Positions 24,508-37,211 of a stretch of DNA of 64,000 nt are shown piece by piece. The notes beneath the pieces are model-generated. The model saw only the letters and a list, made by a program, of their open reading frames with translations. It did no database searches and was not told the origin of the DNA. The stretch's first letter is position 1; every line of letters starts with the position of its first letter. A program made the translations under genes and the position numbers. This DNA is from Fistulifera solaris (taxonomy: Eukaryota): assembly GCA_030295235.1 (NCBI GenBank), contig AP026139.1:62001-126000 (forward strand), read 5' to 3'.

Positions 24508-24923
24508 AAGCAAATGAGACTTCATTCTATTGTCGATTGGTGCACAAGCCAAAGGAGTGTAACATATACTCCTTTGCACAAGCTGCCTAGTTTTCGCTCT
24601 CGTCTCGTCTGCTCGTCATGCGTGCAGAAGTACTCTTTACTATCGAAAAGCGCCAGCAATTCCGTTCACCTAATCCTTAGAACGGTCGCCAAAAACGTTG
24701 GGAAAGTACTTAATGGAATCATAGCCTAATTAGAAAATTCCGCGAATGCATGACTATGGCGACTTAGCGCGCGAGATTATGTAACGCCAATGATAACGGG
24801 GGCAATTTTTGAAATATAAGACACAACCCATCGAAAAGTGCCGATCCGACCTCTCAAGGACGTCAACAACATTCATTCGTTTCTCATGTCATTAAGAAGA
24901 CAAAGAATAACAACAATAACAGA

Positions 24924-27314
24924 ATGAAATCCACGGAGATGAATGTTTCTTTGAAAGGACTGGCTGGAATTACAGTCGACTCGACCAGGGCAAATAATAG
25001 TAAATTGACCAAAGCGTTTGTTCGAATCGTCCTAGACGGCAAAGTATACGCCACTTCCTCGCTCTCACGGCCACTCCAGACGAGTCCCACCGAAAAGAAC
25101 AACGCCAAAATCAAGCGGCATGTAGCGCTCTGGGACGATAACGAAATGGTCATGACGCGCGATGGGGAACTGCAAATATGGCTGCGATTGCCGAGCGGCA
25201 AGGATCAGCAGATTGGTGCTGGAAGTCTGAAAATGCCAGCAAAGGGTGGTGCCACAGATGTGAAACTTCGGGAAGTACGACGAAATTATGGTTCACCGTA
25301 TCGTCTGGATGCGAGCAGTGATGCAAAATTACGTATGCATATTACTTGGCAAGAAACGGAAGCAGGGAAGGAGTCGCCGGCGTCGAAAATAGCGGCCCCA
25401 TCGTCGAGCGTTGCGATCCATCATTCGGGTTTTGAAATTAGCCCAAAGGAGACGTTACAAAAGTCATTGAACCGTGAATTGAATGTGGAAGCACTCAACG
25501 AGCCGGAAGTATCTCCGACAAGGCCTGATCCACCGAGTATTGAGGTGGATTCATTCGAGCCTTCTGTCGAGCAAGTGTTTGTCCCAAAGACCCCGGATCA
25601 ACCAAAAGATGTAAATGATATGTCCGAACAAAAAAGCAAGAACTTGAAAAGAAGTCACCATTCGCCAAATTGATGGGCTGGGGCCGTTCGAAAAAAGCTT
25701 ATGATAGTTTGCCTCCTGTTCAATCACGCCACAAGACAAAGGGAAGCAATGAAGGCTGCCTCGCCAGTTCCAGCGAAACAGGTAAAAGATGCGATACCGA
25801 AAACGAATTCGTCGGCAGGGAACATAACGACACCGAAAAAGACTGTACCGGAAGCCAAATTGCCGAAACAAGAGGAGTTAGCTACACCGAAAAGAACTGT
25901 ATCAATAATTAAAGTCGACGATGAGCGCTTAATTACAACACCCCAAAAGAAAACTCCATCGGAAGCCCAACTTCACAAGAAAGAAGCATTGACACCGCGG
26001 CCAACAACTCCGCCTTTCCCGATCCAGAACGAGCAATTCTCTACACCGAGAAAAGTCGAAGCGGTGGCCCGAATTCAAAGAGACGAAGAGGCGACACCGA
26101 AAAGGACGGGCGGTGTCGCCCACGCGAGGAAAGATTTTGAAACAGCCTCGCCAAAGATGGAACCTATAGCACAGACAAAGAAGGAGTTGTTCCCATTAAA
26201 GCCGACGGACACGCCGGTGAACACAGAAAAAGTCGAAATCAAAAGAAATAGTCCACGAATGGATCCACCAGATTCTTCGCCGGCATGGTCAACATCTACT
26301 TTTGAAGCAGCGCAGAAAGAGGTTGTTGCCGGCCCCGAACGATCACATTCTTCAATGACAAGAAAGATGGCGAATTCCAATTCCACGCCACCTGTCAGGC
26401 TTTCAGAGTCCATCCAATCGTCGTCGTCGGAACAGTCGCCCCAGCTTTTCATGTTCAGCACGCCCAAGGCAGACTTCCGATTACGTTCCAAATCGAACGA
26501 TAACGATGGATTTGAGCAACTGGACGTTTCCTTTCCGACTCCAGATTTTTCACGGCATACCACACCTCGGATGGGGTCCAAGCAATTGAGCTCGCAACCC
26601 ACGGTAGAAGAAGAGAGATCCACGAATGCCGATCCAAAACCTCTGAGTTCACCGCAGAATGATAAAGTCGTTTCCGCATCACGAATTCGTCCAGCCAAAC
26701 TCCCGCCCAACGATCAGCATAGCAGTCACGCCAGACAACAACAACAACAACAACAACAATATGCCCCCGTCACGAGAACGCCAACGCGGGACATGGACGA
26801 CTACTCCTTGTTCAGTGAAGACGACGACGACGACGACTCAACATTTCTGGCCAAGCCCAAACAAATATTTGGTTTGATCAAGTGCTGTATTATGGGCGAC
26901 GAGGATAGTATCTATGGCTTTGACGAGACGTTAACCTTTGACGAAACGTTGGGAGACGACACCGTGGATGATTCGTACGATGACACAATATCTTCAGACC
27001 TACCAACAATGAACGATTGGTGGTGTCAAGGTGGCTTTGGGGGTAGGTCGCAGACTTCTTCTGTTTTGCGTCGGCGGCAAATATGGAAGGAACGCATGCA
27101 GCAACTGGCCGAACAGAACGGCGATGTAAAAGAACTGTTTGAAAGCGGATCCGAAGCTGGCAGCACACGTGCTGGTGATGATGATGAAGACACTGCTACA
27201 GCTACAAACAATGAACAGCGACAAGAACCGAGATTACAAGCAACGAATACGAAAGAAAAAGTCGAGAACTGCACATTGGATTCGGCCAACAGCGAAGCGT
27301 TTGTGAGTGATTGA
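24924..27314 (+). CDS. Uncharacterised array family member 3; frameshifts near 25630-25740
   Basis: VSLKGLAGITVD..FVRIV..SRPLQ..RHVALWD..LQIWL..IGAG..DASSDAKLRM; overlapping ORFs 24924, 25670 and 25701. Confidence 0.8.
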
Positions 27315-27650
27315 ACCTCCTTCAATGAGCGTCAAAATCACTCCTTGAAGAAATTTGCTACTTGGGCTATCAAAATGCTTTATGGTTTATCGTAAGTGTT
27401 GAGTAGCTACTATGTATTAGCTATGCTGGATTCATGAAATTGGGTTCACATGTAAATAATTGGAAAGACTTGACGTGTTTTTCCCTCGCAAAGCTATAAG
27501 TATCGACGAGTGTCGTCTGGCAGGATTTTTGAATTTTTGCGGAAAAAAGGACCAGCCTGCTTCGATAGCCATAGTCAAATTGTTCCCCACATATTAGCTC
27601 ATAGCAATTTTTGTGGAGACATTTTTCGAGTTTTTCGGGCAAATCAATCA

Positions 27651-27780
27651 GGGAGACTTCCGTTAGGTCTCCAACCAGGGTGAACCTCTTCCGATAGCTC
27701 TCCCGTTAGGAGAGACGTTAACTGACTACATTCAACTTTACAGTAGAGTACGCGCCATTGGATGTGGTACTAATTACTTA
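27651..27780 (+). repeat. Left terminal inverted repeat of the MULE
   Basis: Exact reverse complement of 33380-33509 by base-by-base reading. Confidence 0.97.
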
Positions 27781-27874
27781 GAATCTACTTAGGTTGCTCG
27801 ATAAAGTAACAAAGCCTTATGAATGACAGTCCCGGATGATTCATGAATCACCCCTCTAAGATAACCAAATCCTC

Positions 27875-28028
27875 AATAAACAATAGTCAGCGAGCGCGAC
27901 CGCTCTTGATAAAGAAAAGTCAGCGAGCGCGACCGCTCTCAATTGTCAATAAAGAAAAACCAGCCTACGTGACCCTGATGCAGCGAGCGACCTTCCAATA
28001 AAGAAAAACCCAGCCTACGTGACCTTCC
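27875..28028. repeat. Subterminal direct repeats of the MULE
   Basis: AGTCAGCGAGCGCGACCGCTCT twice; ATAAAGAAAA three times; CCAGCCTACGTGACC twice. Confidence 0.85.
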
Positions 28029-28143
28029 ACCGATCAAGGCTTTCGTCGAAAACTACTTCGTGTAAATAATCAAAACCCAATCTACACAATTTCAGTTTCA
28101 AACTAGACTTGGTTGATTAATATCACACATTACTCTATACGTG

Positions 28144-28693
28144 TCATTCAGCCAATTGAAACATAACATCAAATACAAAAGGTCGGAGATCATCTCCGAC
28201 TCCAATCTCCGAAATAGAGTCAAGGAACCATGTCCTCTCATTGAGGGCACGTCGACCATGTTTCAGAATTGTCGCCGCATAAAAACATACATATGGTCCG
28301 CAACTATGGCCATCATGTTGCAATAGTTTATTGGGAAGACGCATTTCTTGGTATTCCCACGGAGCGAAATCGGGTAATGTTGATTCCTGCTGCTCGCTTG
28401 TTGACGCGCATTCTAATTGCTGCCTCACCGCACGCGAATTTAAATAAACCTGAAAGCCAGACAGCATTAGAGTAGTGATCGTCCGGATCTTCGAGGGAGT
28501 CGAGCGAATAAATAACTCGATTATCGGCATCAACCACCATCAACCACCAGTGCCTCTCCTTGCACATAGGGAATAAATGAATGCCCAAATTGTTCGATTT
28601 TGTCATAGAATTCAATGCCACAAACGCTGAACTAAGCTGCAGTCTACCCTCTCTCTTAATATTTTGGTTGGCGGAATCCCACAGATTACTCAT
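28144..28693 (-). CDS. Ulp1/C48-family cysteine protease domain within the MULE (frameshifted)
   Basis: LFPMCKERHWWLMVVD..IYSLDSL..QHDGHSCGPYV supplies the His, Asp, Gln and Cys of C48 proteases. Confidence 0.85.
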
Positions 28694-30721
28694 GACATAC
28701 GACGGGTGTGCAATAACTCCCTCATCCGTTCACGGTCTTGCTTGTTATGCTTTCAAGGAAACTGTTCACAATCGCGTCATTGAAATAACATTGCGAGTTC
28801 ATAATTTCAAGGCATTCACTGGTTATGGATGCCGTGGCACCACTTAGCACCTTGATATGATGCTTCTTTCCCTCTTCAGGTCGTGGACGACTCGACCTTT
28901 ATCAACGCCCCCTTTGCACTGGATTGCAAAAAGGAGTGACCGAAGAGATCCCCTGGCATCTTCTTTGTTGTAAATCAGATCGTTTCCATTCTTTCTTGTC
29001 CCTACAGTGATAAATGATTCTATTCCACTTCTTTCCTTTTGCTGTCTCTGCAAGAGTATTCCGCGACGTGGATTGCAATATTGTTCTCACTCACAAGTCC
29101 TCGCTGGTTTGCTTCCCTTGCGTTTTCGGGTTGAAGCCCTTCTTTTCATCGTTAAATCATTTGTTTCCGTTTCCGTGAAATGATTCTGGAATATCAAACT
29201 CGTGTTCTTGAACCAAACAATTTAATTGCTCAATGGTTCCCACAAATGGATAAGCTGTGTCGTAAAAATAGGATACGATCTTTGATGGTTCATCAGTAAT
29301 GACTGGGGGTTGCAAAGGGGCTACTCCAATTTGCCTTACTTGTTGTCGACGTAATGAAAATTGATTTTCATTTCTGGGATCTACAATCTTACCGTCTCAG
29401 GTCGAAGGGTGTTCTCAAGAATTGTGATGAGGTCCCACTAGTGGCAGTAGCGGGACTTGTTATAGCTCTCACGAAGTTCTTCTGGTTTTCGGAATACCCA
29501 CTGAAAATGAACTTGAGAGCTTCATTTTGTGCCAAGTTCTTTCTTCGCAGATCTAGCGGCATTTTCAGGAAATGCGACGAATCGTCACTGAGATTACCGG
29601 ATTTGGCGGGACTTGCATTCTTCTTTTGGATGTCTAATCGCCTTTTAAATACATGTGATGAATCGTCACTAGCAGACGTGGGCGGGACTTGCATTAGTGG
29701 GTTCTGTCTTCGGTATCTTTATAATCATATCTTCAGGAATCGTGATACTTCGGTTGTTGGACTGTTTGAATGAGATCTTGGCAGTGCTCTCAGATTACCC
29801 CTCTTCATAGTTGGCATCTCAACTATGGAAGAAACTGCTGTGGCGGGACTTCCTGCTTTTGCTTCTGCAATCGGTGGCGGTTTCAACTTCTTTTTACGGG
29901 CATGAGTCGGGCCTTTGGCTCTGGAATTTGCTGTCAGTTTCGATCTTTTCCTTTTTGTGTTGTATTCTCATTCATTGAAGACTCGATAGTCAAGGCATGA
30001 GCTCTGATATCAGGTGGTGGCTTCAGATTTTGACTCTTCATGGTCGGCCTCTCAAAGATTGACGAATCAGTTGTGGCGGGACTTGTTCCTTCAGCTTTTT
30101 GATTTGGTGGCTGTTTCGGCCGTTTTCCTCTTTCTCGTTGCCATTTTGACTAATGAAAAATCTGTTGTTGCTGGACTGGAAGCACAAGCTGTTGTGGTCG
30201 GCGGTGGTTTCAAATTCGGTCTGGATGCGGTCGCTGTCTTCAATATCGATGACTTTGCGGTAGATGGACTTGCCTTCATGCTTTTAAATTCGTTACTTGT
30301 TTGGATCTCCTCTTTGTTCTAGTTGTTGGCATTTCATTTACTGAATATTCTGTTGTTCGCGGGACTTGAGGCAAAAGCATTATGTGCGGTGCTTGGTTCC
30401 ACATCTTCATCCTCTAGAATTGTCGACAGATGACCCGAGTGTGCACTGTTCAGACGGGAATCGTCATGGATGCCTACCTCGACATCATCAACCATGGTCA
30501 ATTCTTGTTCGTGACTTCTTCTTTCCGTGTAATCCTTGTCACGAATAATTACTACAATATCTCGGTTACTACCTGACGGAGCAAGGTCCATATCCAGAAG
30601 ATAGTTATTTTCGTTGTCGTCTTCAGCGTGAATTTCTGCAGCGTCTTCTCCAGTAAGCTTTAAAATCCGTGACTGGACAATGGCATTGGCTGCATCAGAG
30701 TCTTCTACTAAGCCAATCTTG

Positions 30722-33209
30722 TCAATATTGTGAAGGCCATGTCCTCCCGGAGGTATCATCGTTGTCCAAATCTTCAGAAGTAATTCCTGCATCCATGTCA
30801 ATGACGCATGTTGGGAAATGGTTGACCAGAATTGCGCCAGTTTCAAGTAATGCAGGATCCATGTACCTTCGATCATCTTTGAGGTAGTCCAGACACTGTC
30901 GAATTGTGTGATTCGGTGATCTGCAGTGAAAGCAGTGCCGAGGTAAGGGCTTGCCGTCTCTACGTTTGCGTCCAAGAGTTGATTCTAGCTGTTGCATGTG
31001 TTCCGCCTTTGGTTTGGTCCCAAAATCAAACAGACCATCGGCGGCAATCGCTTCTGCTATTGCATCGTTATTTCGACTGAGCTTGTTCTTTGAACTTGGC
31101 TCATACTCCTTTGTCATTCGTGCTGATTCCAGCGCCGATTGCTTCTTTTTCTTTGACTTACGTGGTCCCGGTTCACCATTACTGATTATTCTGTTCCCCG
31201 AGTTAAGCTTGTCAGTGTAAGTTGGTGATGGATAAATGTTTTCTGATTGATAAGCAAGCTTGATATCCCCAAATCCCGGGACGTCAAGTCAGCGGATAGT
31301 TGTTAAGAAACTCTGTAAGGAAGCTGACGATCACCACTTGTCGGAACTTTTCCAAACTCTTCGTAGAATTGCGAAAACACAGAGGGTGGGATTGAGGGCC
31401 AAGTTGAGGATCTTGTCACGTGAAACAAGGTTGATGTGGCCGCAGTAGATTTCCCGCATCGCTGTTCTACTGCAGGAGCAGTACAGGGACGGAGTGCTCG
31501 TGGGTTCATAAGTAACATACTCCGTCTTCTTGTGCTTTTCAGCGTACAATTTGAATTTCAAACTGCCATCGGGCATCCTTCAGCATCCTCTATTACAAAA
31601 TCTAGATCTTCATTGCCTGTATCTTGCAAGCTTCCGAAAGTATATGGTGAGGAACCTAGCAGATTTGGTTGTTATTTCATCTCGAAATTGTCGAAGAGAT
31701 TCGGCAGCCGCCATCAAAAAAGTTAGAAATGGCTAGTGGAGGGGTATTAGTCCTCACTTCATGATGTAGAAGCCACTGCTGGGCCGATTCGACATGATTT
31801 GTTGAACAGAAACCATATAAAGGGAACTTGTTTCCAACTGGCACGTGATCGTTGAGCAACCACCTCCATTCGTCGACGTCTCCACTTATCTCTGTGAAGC
31901 CATTCACTTCAGCTAGATAGGTAAAATATAGGGGCTCCCACATAGATTCATGTTGACTCGGTGTATTTCCAAACACAGTCCAATGAGTAGGATGAATTGT
32001 CCCAAGAACATAGATAACAATTCGCGCACCGGTACTAAGAGTTTCGTTTTCTTCAATTTGTGGAAGCGCTTTGACAAGCTTCTTCGCAGCATCCAAGAAG
32101 GCGTTAACATCTGGAGGCGCTTTGCATCTCGCGCGCATAAACCAAGCGACCGCTCTGCCCTCTCAGCGATCGTTGATTGATATTGAATAGATGGTAAATG
32201 TTTGAAGAATATGAATCAAGCAATACTTCACGGAAACAACCAGTCCATAATGTTCTGCCAACGCTCGGACAGCGTAGAATGTGTCCTCGGTCAGTGAATA
32301 CTGGAAACTCTTCGAAATTGAACCCAGCTTGATACATCATGAGAAGGATATATATCATCCCTTGCTTGTTTTCCGAGGGAATCAACCCAAAACCAAGTGG
32401 AATGTTACTTCCATTTCCATCGACCCCTATGATCGGGACTCCAATTCCATCGTGTTCGGGTATACGGATGTGTGTTCCGTCTAAAAGATTGCAGGAATGC
32501 AGGCATTTCTAAAGAAGTGCGCGGCATTCTCAATGAACACAGTTGACCGAAAAAAGCATGAGTTCTGGTCAGTTTCTAAATTGACGGAGGCATTTGGATT
32601 TAGCTCGACATATTTCCGAAGATACTGGGCCAACAGCTCATTGTACATCAACAAATCCTTTCGGTAGACCTCACGGAAGTGTTTCTTGAGATTTGAATGC
32701 ATTGTCGGGCCAACTTCGATGTCGAAACCCTCTTTCCTGAGGACGGCGTTGAGATTCTTGCGAGTAGCATGACTGTCGAAGTTTGGTGCCTGGAAGCATG
32801 TTTTGAAGAAGTCTTGAACAGCAGGAATGTTCTGCACTATCATTGATTTTCTGCGGCAGTCCTTTGGGAGGTCGTTTGTTGGAGTGCAAAACAAACTGTG
32901 CCTGAAGTTAGTACTAGGATGGTCGTGTAGCAATCGAAGTTCGCCGTTTTCTTCCTTGAACTTAAGTGAGAACGTTTTGCAGCAAGTGCACACGTAGCAA
33001 GGGCTTTCTCCGTGCTTGCTGACATCTCGTAAGAGCTTTCGATCGTACACAAAAGCGATGCTGCGGAGAAGCTCCTCGTGATCATCCTCAGGGATCGGTT
33101 TGTCATAGAGAAACTTTTCAAAATCATACGGACCGGTTGGAGGAAGTGCCCCATATTTTTGCATAATCGTGACGAATGATCGTCGCTCCTTCGTTTCAAT
33201 GATCGACAT
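30722..33209 (-). CDS. MuDR/MULE DDE transposase with SWIM finger and zinc knuckle (multiple frameshifts)
   Basis: DGTH (~32475, shifted frame), VFTDRG, STNHVESA, CSCSRTAMREIYCGH (SWIM), CFHCRSPNHTIRQC (CCHC). Confidence 0.9.
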
Positions 33210-33379
33210 GTTAATGTTGTAAAAGAGCAACAGTAGGAACGGAAGGGCAACTATGACAATAAGGAATGCAGCGTTCTGATCATCTTGTCGGCAGTCGGAA
33301 CGGAACAAACGCACAACGCGAACGATTGTGCGGTTATTGTGCGTGACCTAAGTAGAACTAATGATGGATGGAAGGCCTT

Positions 33380-33509
33380 TAAGTAATTAGTACCACATCC
33401 AATGGCGCGTACTCTACTGTAAAGTTGAATGTAGTCAGTTAACGTCTCTCCTAACGGGAGAGCTATCGGAAGAGGTTCACCCTGGTTGGAGACCTAACGG
33501 AAGTCTCCC
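33380..33509 (-). repeat. Right terminal inverted repeat of the MULE
   Basis: Exact reverse complement of 27651-27780. Confidence 0.97.
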
Positions 33510-33600
33510 AATCAATCAATCAATCAAGCAAGCAAGCAACAACAACCATGAGATGACATTCATCAACAACAACATTTACCAGTAGAGTCATGGCATCGTG

Positions 33601-35664
33601 ATGAGTTCAACCGCAATAGCATCTTCCAACACTATAATTCACTTAGTCATCAAAGGACTAGCGGGCGTTTTGGTCGACTCATCATCATCATCATCATCAT
33701 TATTATTTGCTTGTAGTGACGACAAAGTGCGTGTCTACGTGCGCGTTTTCTGTGGTGGAGTTTTCCGAGGCGAATCGCCGTGCTCTCATCGCCTAAGACC
33801 AACCGGCAATGTGGTCTATTCGCTGCAGCGGTATGTTGCATCATGGTCACAACGTCATGCAAAGTCAATCCGTCTAGTAGATACAACCACAGGTCAAATA
33901 GTGCAACTACAAATATGGTTGCAATTTCCCAATAAAGAGACTTACATGATAGGGAGCGGGGAATGGGTCTGCCCAAACAATAAGAATGAACATAATATAT
34001 CGGATGTTCAAATCGCTTGCTGCTTATCGGATGATATGAAGGACTCGTTTCCGTATCGTATTGATCCAAGAGGTGATGCGGTGCTGCGTGTAGCAACGAT
34101 CTCGTCGGATACAAAGCAGCGAGATCCGCCTGGGTTGGAAGGGACTTTGGGGCCACTGGAACTAGCCACAGAACCGATACTAGTAGATTCACCTGTCAAG
34201 GCCTCACTTGAACATTTGCTAGCTCCTGTGACGATGGAAGACAATACTCCTTCTCCCAAAAAAAGAGTCTCATTCTCTCCAACAAAGCTTGAAACTCGAA
34301 TCATCATCCCAGCCAACAAAAAGTCGATGCCATTCTTCCCGTCGTTTTTTGGTGGTGCTACAGACATGAAAGAAAATGCGGGCAAAAACAATCGTGGAAA
34401 CAGTAGTGTCGCCACAAAGCCGAGAATTCGTGCGAGAGCGACGACCATTTCGGTGGCTCCGGTCATTTCCCAACAGAAATTCGCCCCTAAAGCTGTCAAG
34501 GAAATAGATGAAATGAGTTCCGTTACAAGCCATGCAGATGAAACTTTCTTTGTCTGGAATGGCTCGCCATTGCACAGAAATGCTGTTTTGGAAGCGATGG
34601 AAAAGCCGTTCTCACCAATCCAACCATTGACGACTCATCGCACCATGGTAGTCTCGCTGGATCCTCCCGAAAGATCGGTCCATTTGTCAATGAACACCGA
34701 CATTGAGGCTTTGTCAAATAATTCAACGGAAGAAGAAGAAGAAGAAGAGGAGGAGGAGGAGGAGGAGGAGGAGGAGGAGGAGGAAACCGAATTCGTCGAT
34801 TTGTTATTGGACGCGTCCGAAGCGAGCGAGGCACCAGAGACGGATGCTGTTCGATCGATCAGCCCCGTCGAGCTCAAAAAGGAAAGTTTGGTGCTTGCGA
34901 TTAAAGCCCCTGCTACGTTATGTCGAGAAACACCGGGATCAGACATTCATGTTTTAGCTTTAACAATATCAGGAATGGGGCCCTATTCAGAAATGGCTCG
35001 AAACGAATTACCAGACGATCTCATCCAATCACATTTATCAGACCACAGTGATCACGACGAGCTTCCATTTCGAGAGAACTCATGGCCAAAAACTACTCCA
35101 AGTTTCGAGGCCTTGTCGATTAGTTCGAAGGAGGCCAGTGAAATCATCATTGTGCCGAATGGAAGTGGATTGCATGGTTTGAGCGAGACATTTGAAACAG
35201 ATGATGTTCGAACAGCTTGTAGTCCAGACCAAGTCACCATTAAGGCGGACAATATAGCTTTGAAAACATTGAGTATGACAACAGTTAGCCCCGATACTCC
35301 AGAGCTCGATCTCGCGCAGTCAAACCCGCAAATGATGAACATCAATCTAGGAATAAAGTCAATATTGCATCAAGAGGTGTGTCGAACGCCTAAAGAAGAC
35401 AGCATCAATCTCGATTGCTTCCCTTCCCAGCGCCATCCAGCGCCGGAGCAACTAAAATGGGATGACAATGTTCTGGGAATCTCACCGGAGACATATGACG
35501 AGTCAGAAGTAACGGTTGAATCGCTCACGACAACGGAAAACGAACCGAATTTCCTATTCTCTTTCGATCACAAAGATGGTAGTGAAGAAAGCAATCACCA
35601 ATCATGGATGTCTGCTAGAGACGATGAATCATTCTATACAGCTGGCTGTATCAGTGGATGTTGA
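33601..35664 (+). CDS. Uncharacterised array family member 4 (poly-Glu tract)
   Basis: LVIKGLAGVLVD..VRVYVRV..SHRLR..RYVASW..LQIWL..IGSGEW..DPRGDAVLRV; intact ORF. Confidence 0.85.
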   Translation: MSSTAIASSNTIIHLVIKGLAGVLVDSSSSSSSLLFACSDDKVRVYVRVFCGGVFRGESPCSHRLRPTGNVVYSLQRYVASWSQRHAKSIRLVDTTTGQIVQLQIWLQFPNKETYMIGSGEWVCPNNKNEHNISDVQIACCLSDDMKDSFPYRIDPRGDAVLRVATISSDTKQRDPPGLEGTLGPLELATEPILVDSPVKASLEHLLAPVTMEDNTPSPKKRVSFSPTKLETRIIIPANKKSMPFFPSFFGGATDMKENAGKNNRGNSSVATKPRIRARATTISVAPVISQQKFAPKAVKEIDEMSSVTSHADETFFVWNGSPLHRNAVLEAMEKPFSPIQPLTTHRTMVVSLDPPERSVHLSMNTDIEALSNNSTEEEEEEEEEEEEEEEEEEETEFVDLLLDASEASEAPETDAVRSISPVELKKESLVLAIKAPATLCRETPGSDIHVLALTISGMGPYSEMARNELPDDLIQSHLSDHSDHDELPFRENSWPKTTPSFEALSISSKEASEIIIVPNGSGLHGLSETFETDDVRTACSPDQVTIKADNIALKTLSMTTVSPDTPELDLAQSNPQMMNINLGIKSILHQEVCRTPKEDSINLDCFPSQRHPAPEQLKWDDNVLGISPETYDESEVTVESLTTTENEPNFLFSFDHKDGSEESNHQSWMSARDDESFYTAGCISGC

Positions 35665-36090
35665 TAATGAAATAGAGACATGAACAAAATGGCGTTTATT
35701 CTTGAGTGGCCCTTAATATATCCGTAAAGAGTGAGGAATGAACTTATAACTAGGAGCTAGAGTATCACGGTTGGGGGATCCAAATGGACATTACTTTCAT
35801 CGCATTTATTTCGGACTTTGTTTTGTCTTTTTTAATTCGATTTTATTGGGACGAGCCGAAAAAGTGAGCCGTTTGGCTGCATTTTTCGACAGCGAAGCTG
35901 AATACCGGATCAAAACACACGTTCTCTTTTGGCATATAGTATCTGGTACCGGATACCTGGTACTGGTACCCGTTATGTGTCCTTTCCTGTCTGCGAGTCT
36001 TGTGAAACACTTTTCGACAGAACAAAAACAAAAATCATCGGCTTTACGTTGCCCATCATTCTTCCATTTGTTATTTTAGGACCCACCAAC

Positions 36091-37211
36091 ATGAGTTCCC
36101 ATGAAGAAAAGTCGAGATACGAGCACGTCCGTCTAGTGTTCCAAGGACTGGTTGGCCTTTTGGTCGATCCTACGCAAATTGATCCAGATCAGTTGCGGAT
36201 ATTTGTTACGGTTATTCCGAGCGATGAAAAAGGTCGAAAATCCCGTTGTTCGCATCCTATTCAACTCTCACAGACCAATTCATCTTTTTCCTCCCATATA
36301 CGACGATACGTAGCAATATGGCAGGGAAATGACCAAGGTATTTTGTTGAATGTGAAAGGCAACGAGATTTTGTGCCTTCAGATCTGTGTTCAGTTTGCTT
36401 CGGGAAGTAGTTTGGCGTTGGGTTACTGCAAGTGGCGATCTGTAAGAAGGGGAAATATAGATCTCATCGTCAAACATTACAAGCAAGATGATGCTGCCAT
36501 CCAAATGGATTCAAAAGGAGACGCGATGTTGCGATTTACCTCGGTCGTTGTTGCAGTCGACGAGTCGGACTCGATTTCATCATTGGGAGAACAACTACCG
36601 GTACCGGTCCTTCCTCCCTTTCCAAAGATACCTTAAAGTCTGTGCGAAATCTGAGGAGGAATGCAAATGGTAGAAAGTTTGAAGAAGAAGACGACGACGA
36701 AGAGGATAGTACTTCTACTGTGTGCGACATAACTGATACAGGGAACTTTCCAACACGCCCCCGACTGAACAGTGACAGCAGTAGTATAACTGTTCGACAC
36801 AAGAATACATCATATCCTGTCGAAACAAATAGGAAAGAGGATCCATCGTCCTTTGTTAGGGATCACTGTGGATGGAATTCCTTTGATACACCTGACTGTT
36901 TTCGAGATCCACAACATAGTCAATCGTGGTTCCGAATGGCCCAGAAGAGCAAGTTCCGAGGTATCGACAACGGCCAGGATGAAAAGGTGCATTTACCGTC
37001 GAGACCACAGCGGAAAGACGGTAGTATTGAACCTATTGTTTTGTTCGATTTTCCGAGTCGGTCCGAGGTAGATGTACTAGGAATGCCAAGATGCGAAGAT
37101 CTTGACAGCACCAGCGTTTCGAGTGACAGCGATGATCATTTAACACGAGACGACTCCTCCTGGAACAAAAGTGCGCGCGGATTTCGAAGCAATCTGTTGA
37201 TCGGAAAATGA
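36091..37211 (+). CDS. Uncharacterised array family member 5; frameshift near 36620-36640
   Basis: LVFQGLVGLLVD..LRIFV..SHPIQ..RYVAIWQ..LQICV..LGYCKW..DSKGDAMLRF. Confidence 0.8.

Larger units (their letters stand above)
27651..33509 (-). mobile_element. Mutator-like DNA transposon (MULE), 5,859 bp
   Basis: Perfect 130-bp TIRs (27651-27780, 33380-33509) starting GGGAGAC; 9-bp TSD AATCAATCA (27642-27650, 33510-33518); MULE transposase motifs inside. Confidence 0.97.

Noticed and set aside
34523..34957. Poly-Pro, poly-Ser and poly-Arg ORFs
   Set aside because: Alternate readings of the (GAA/GAG)n poly-Glu tract in the 33601 gene
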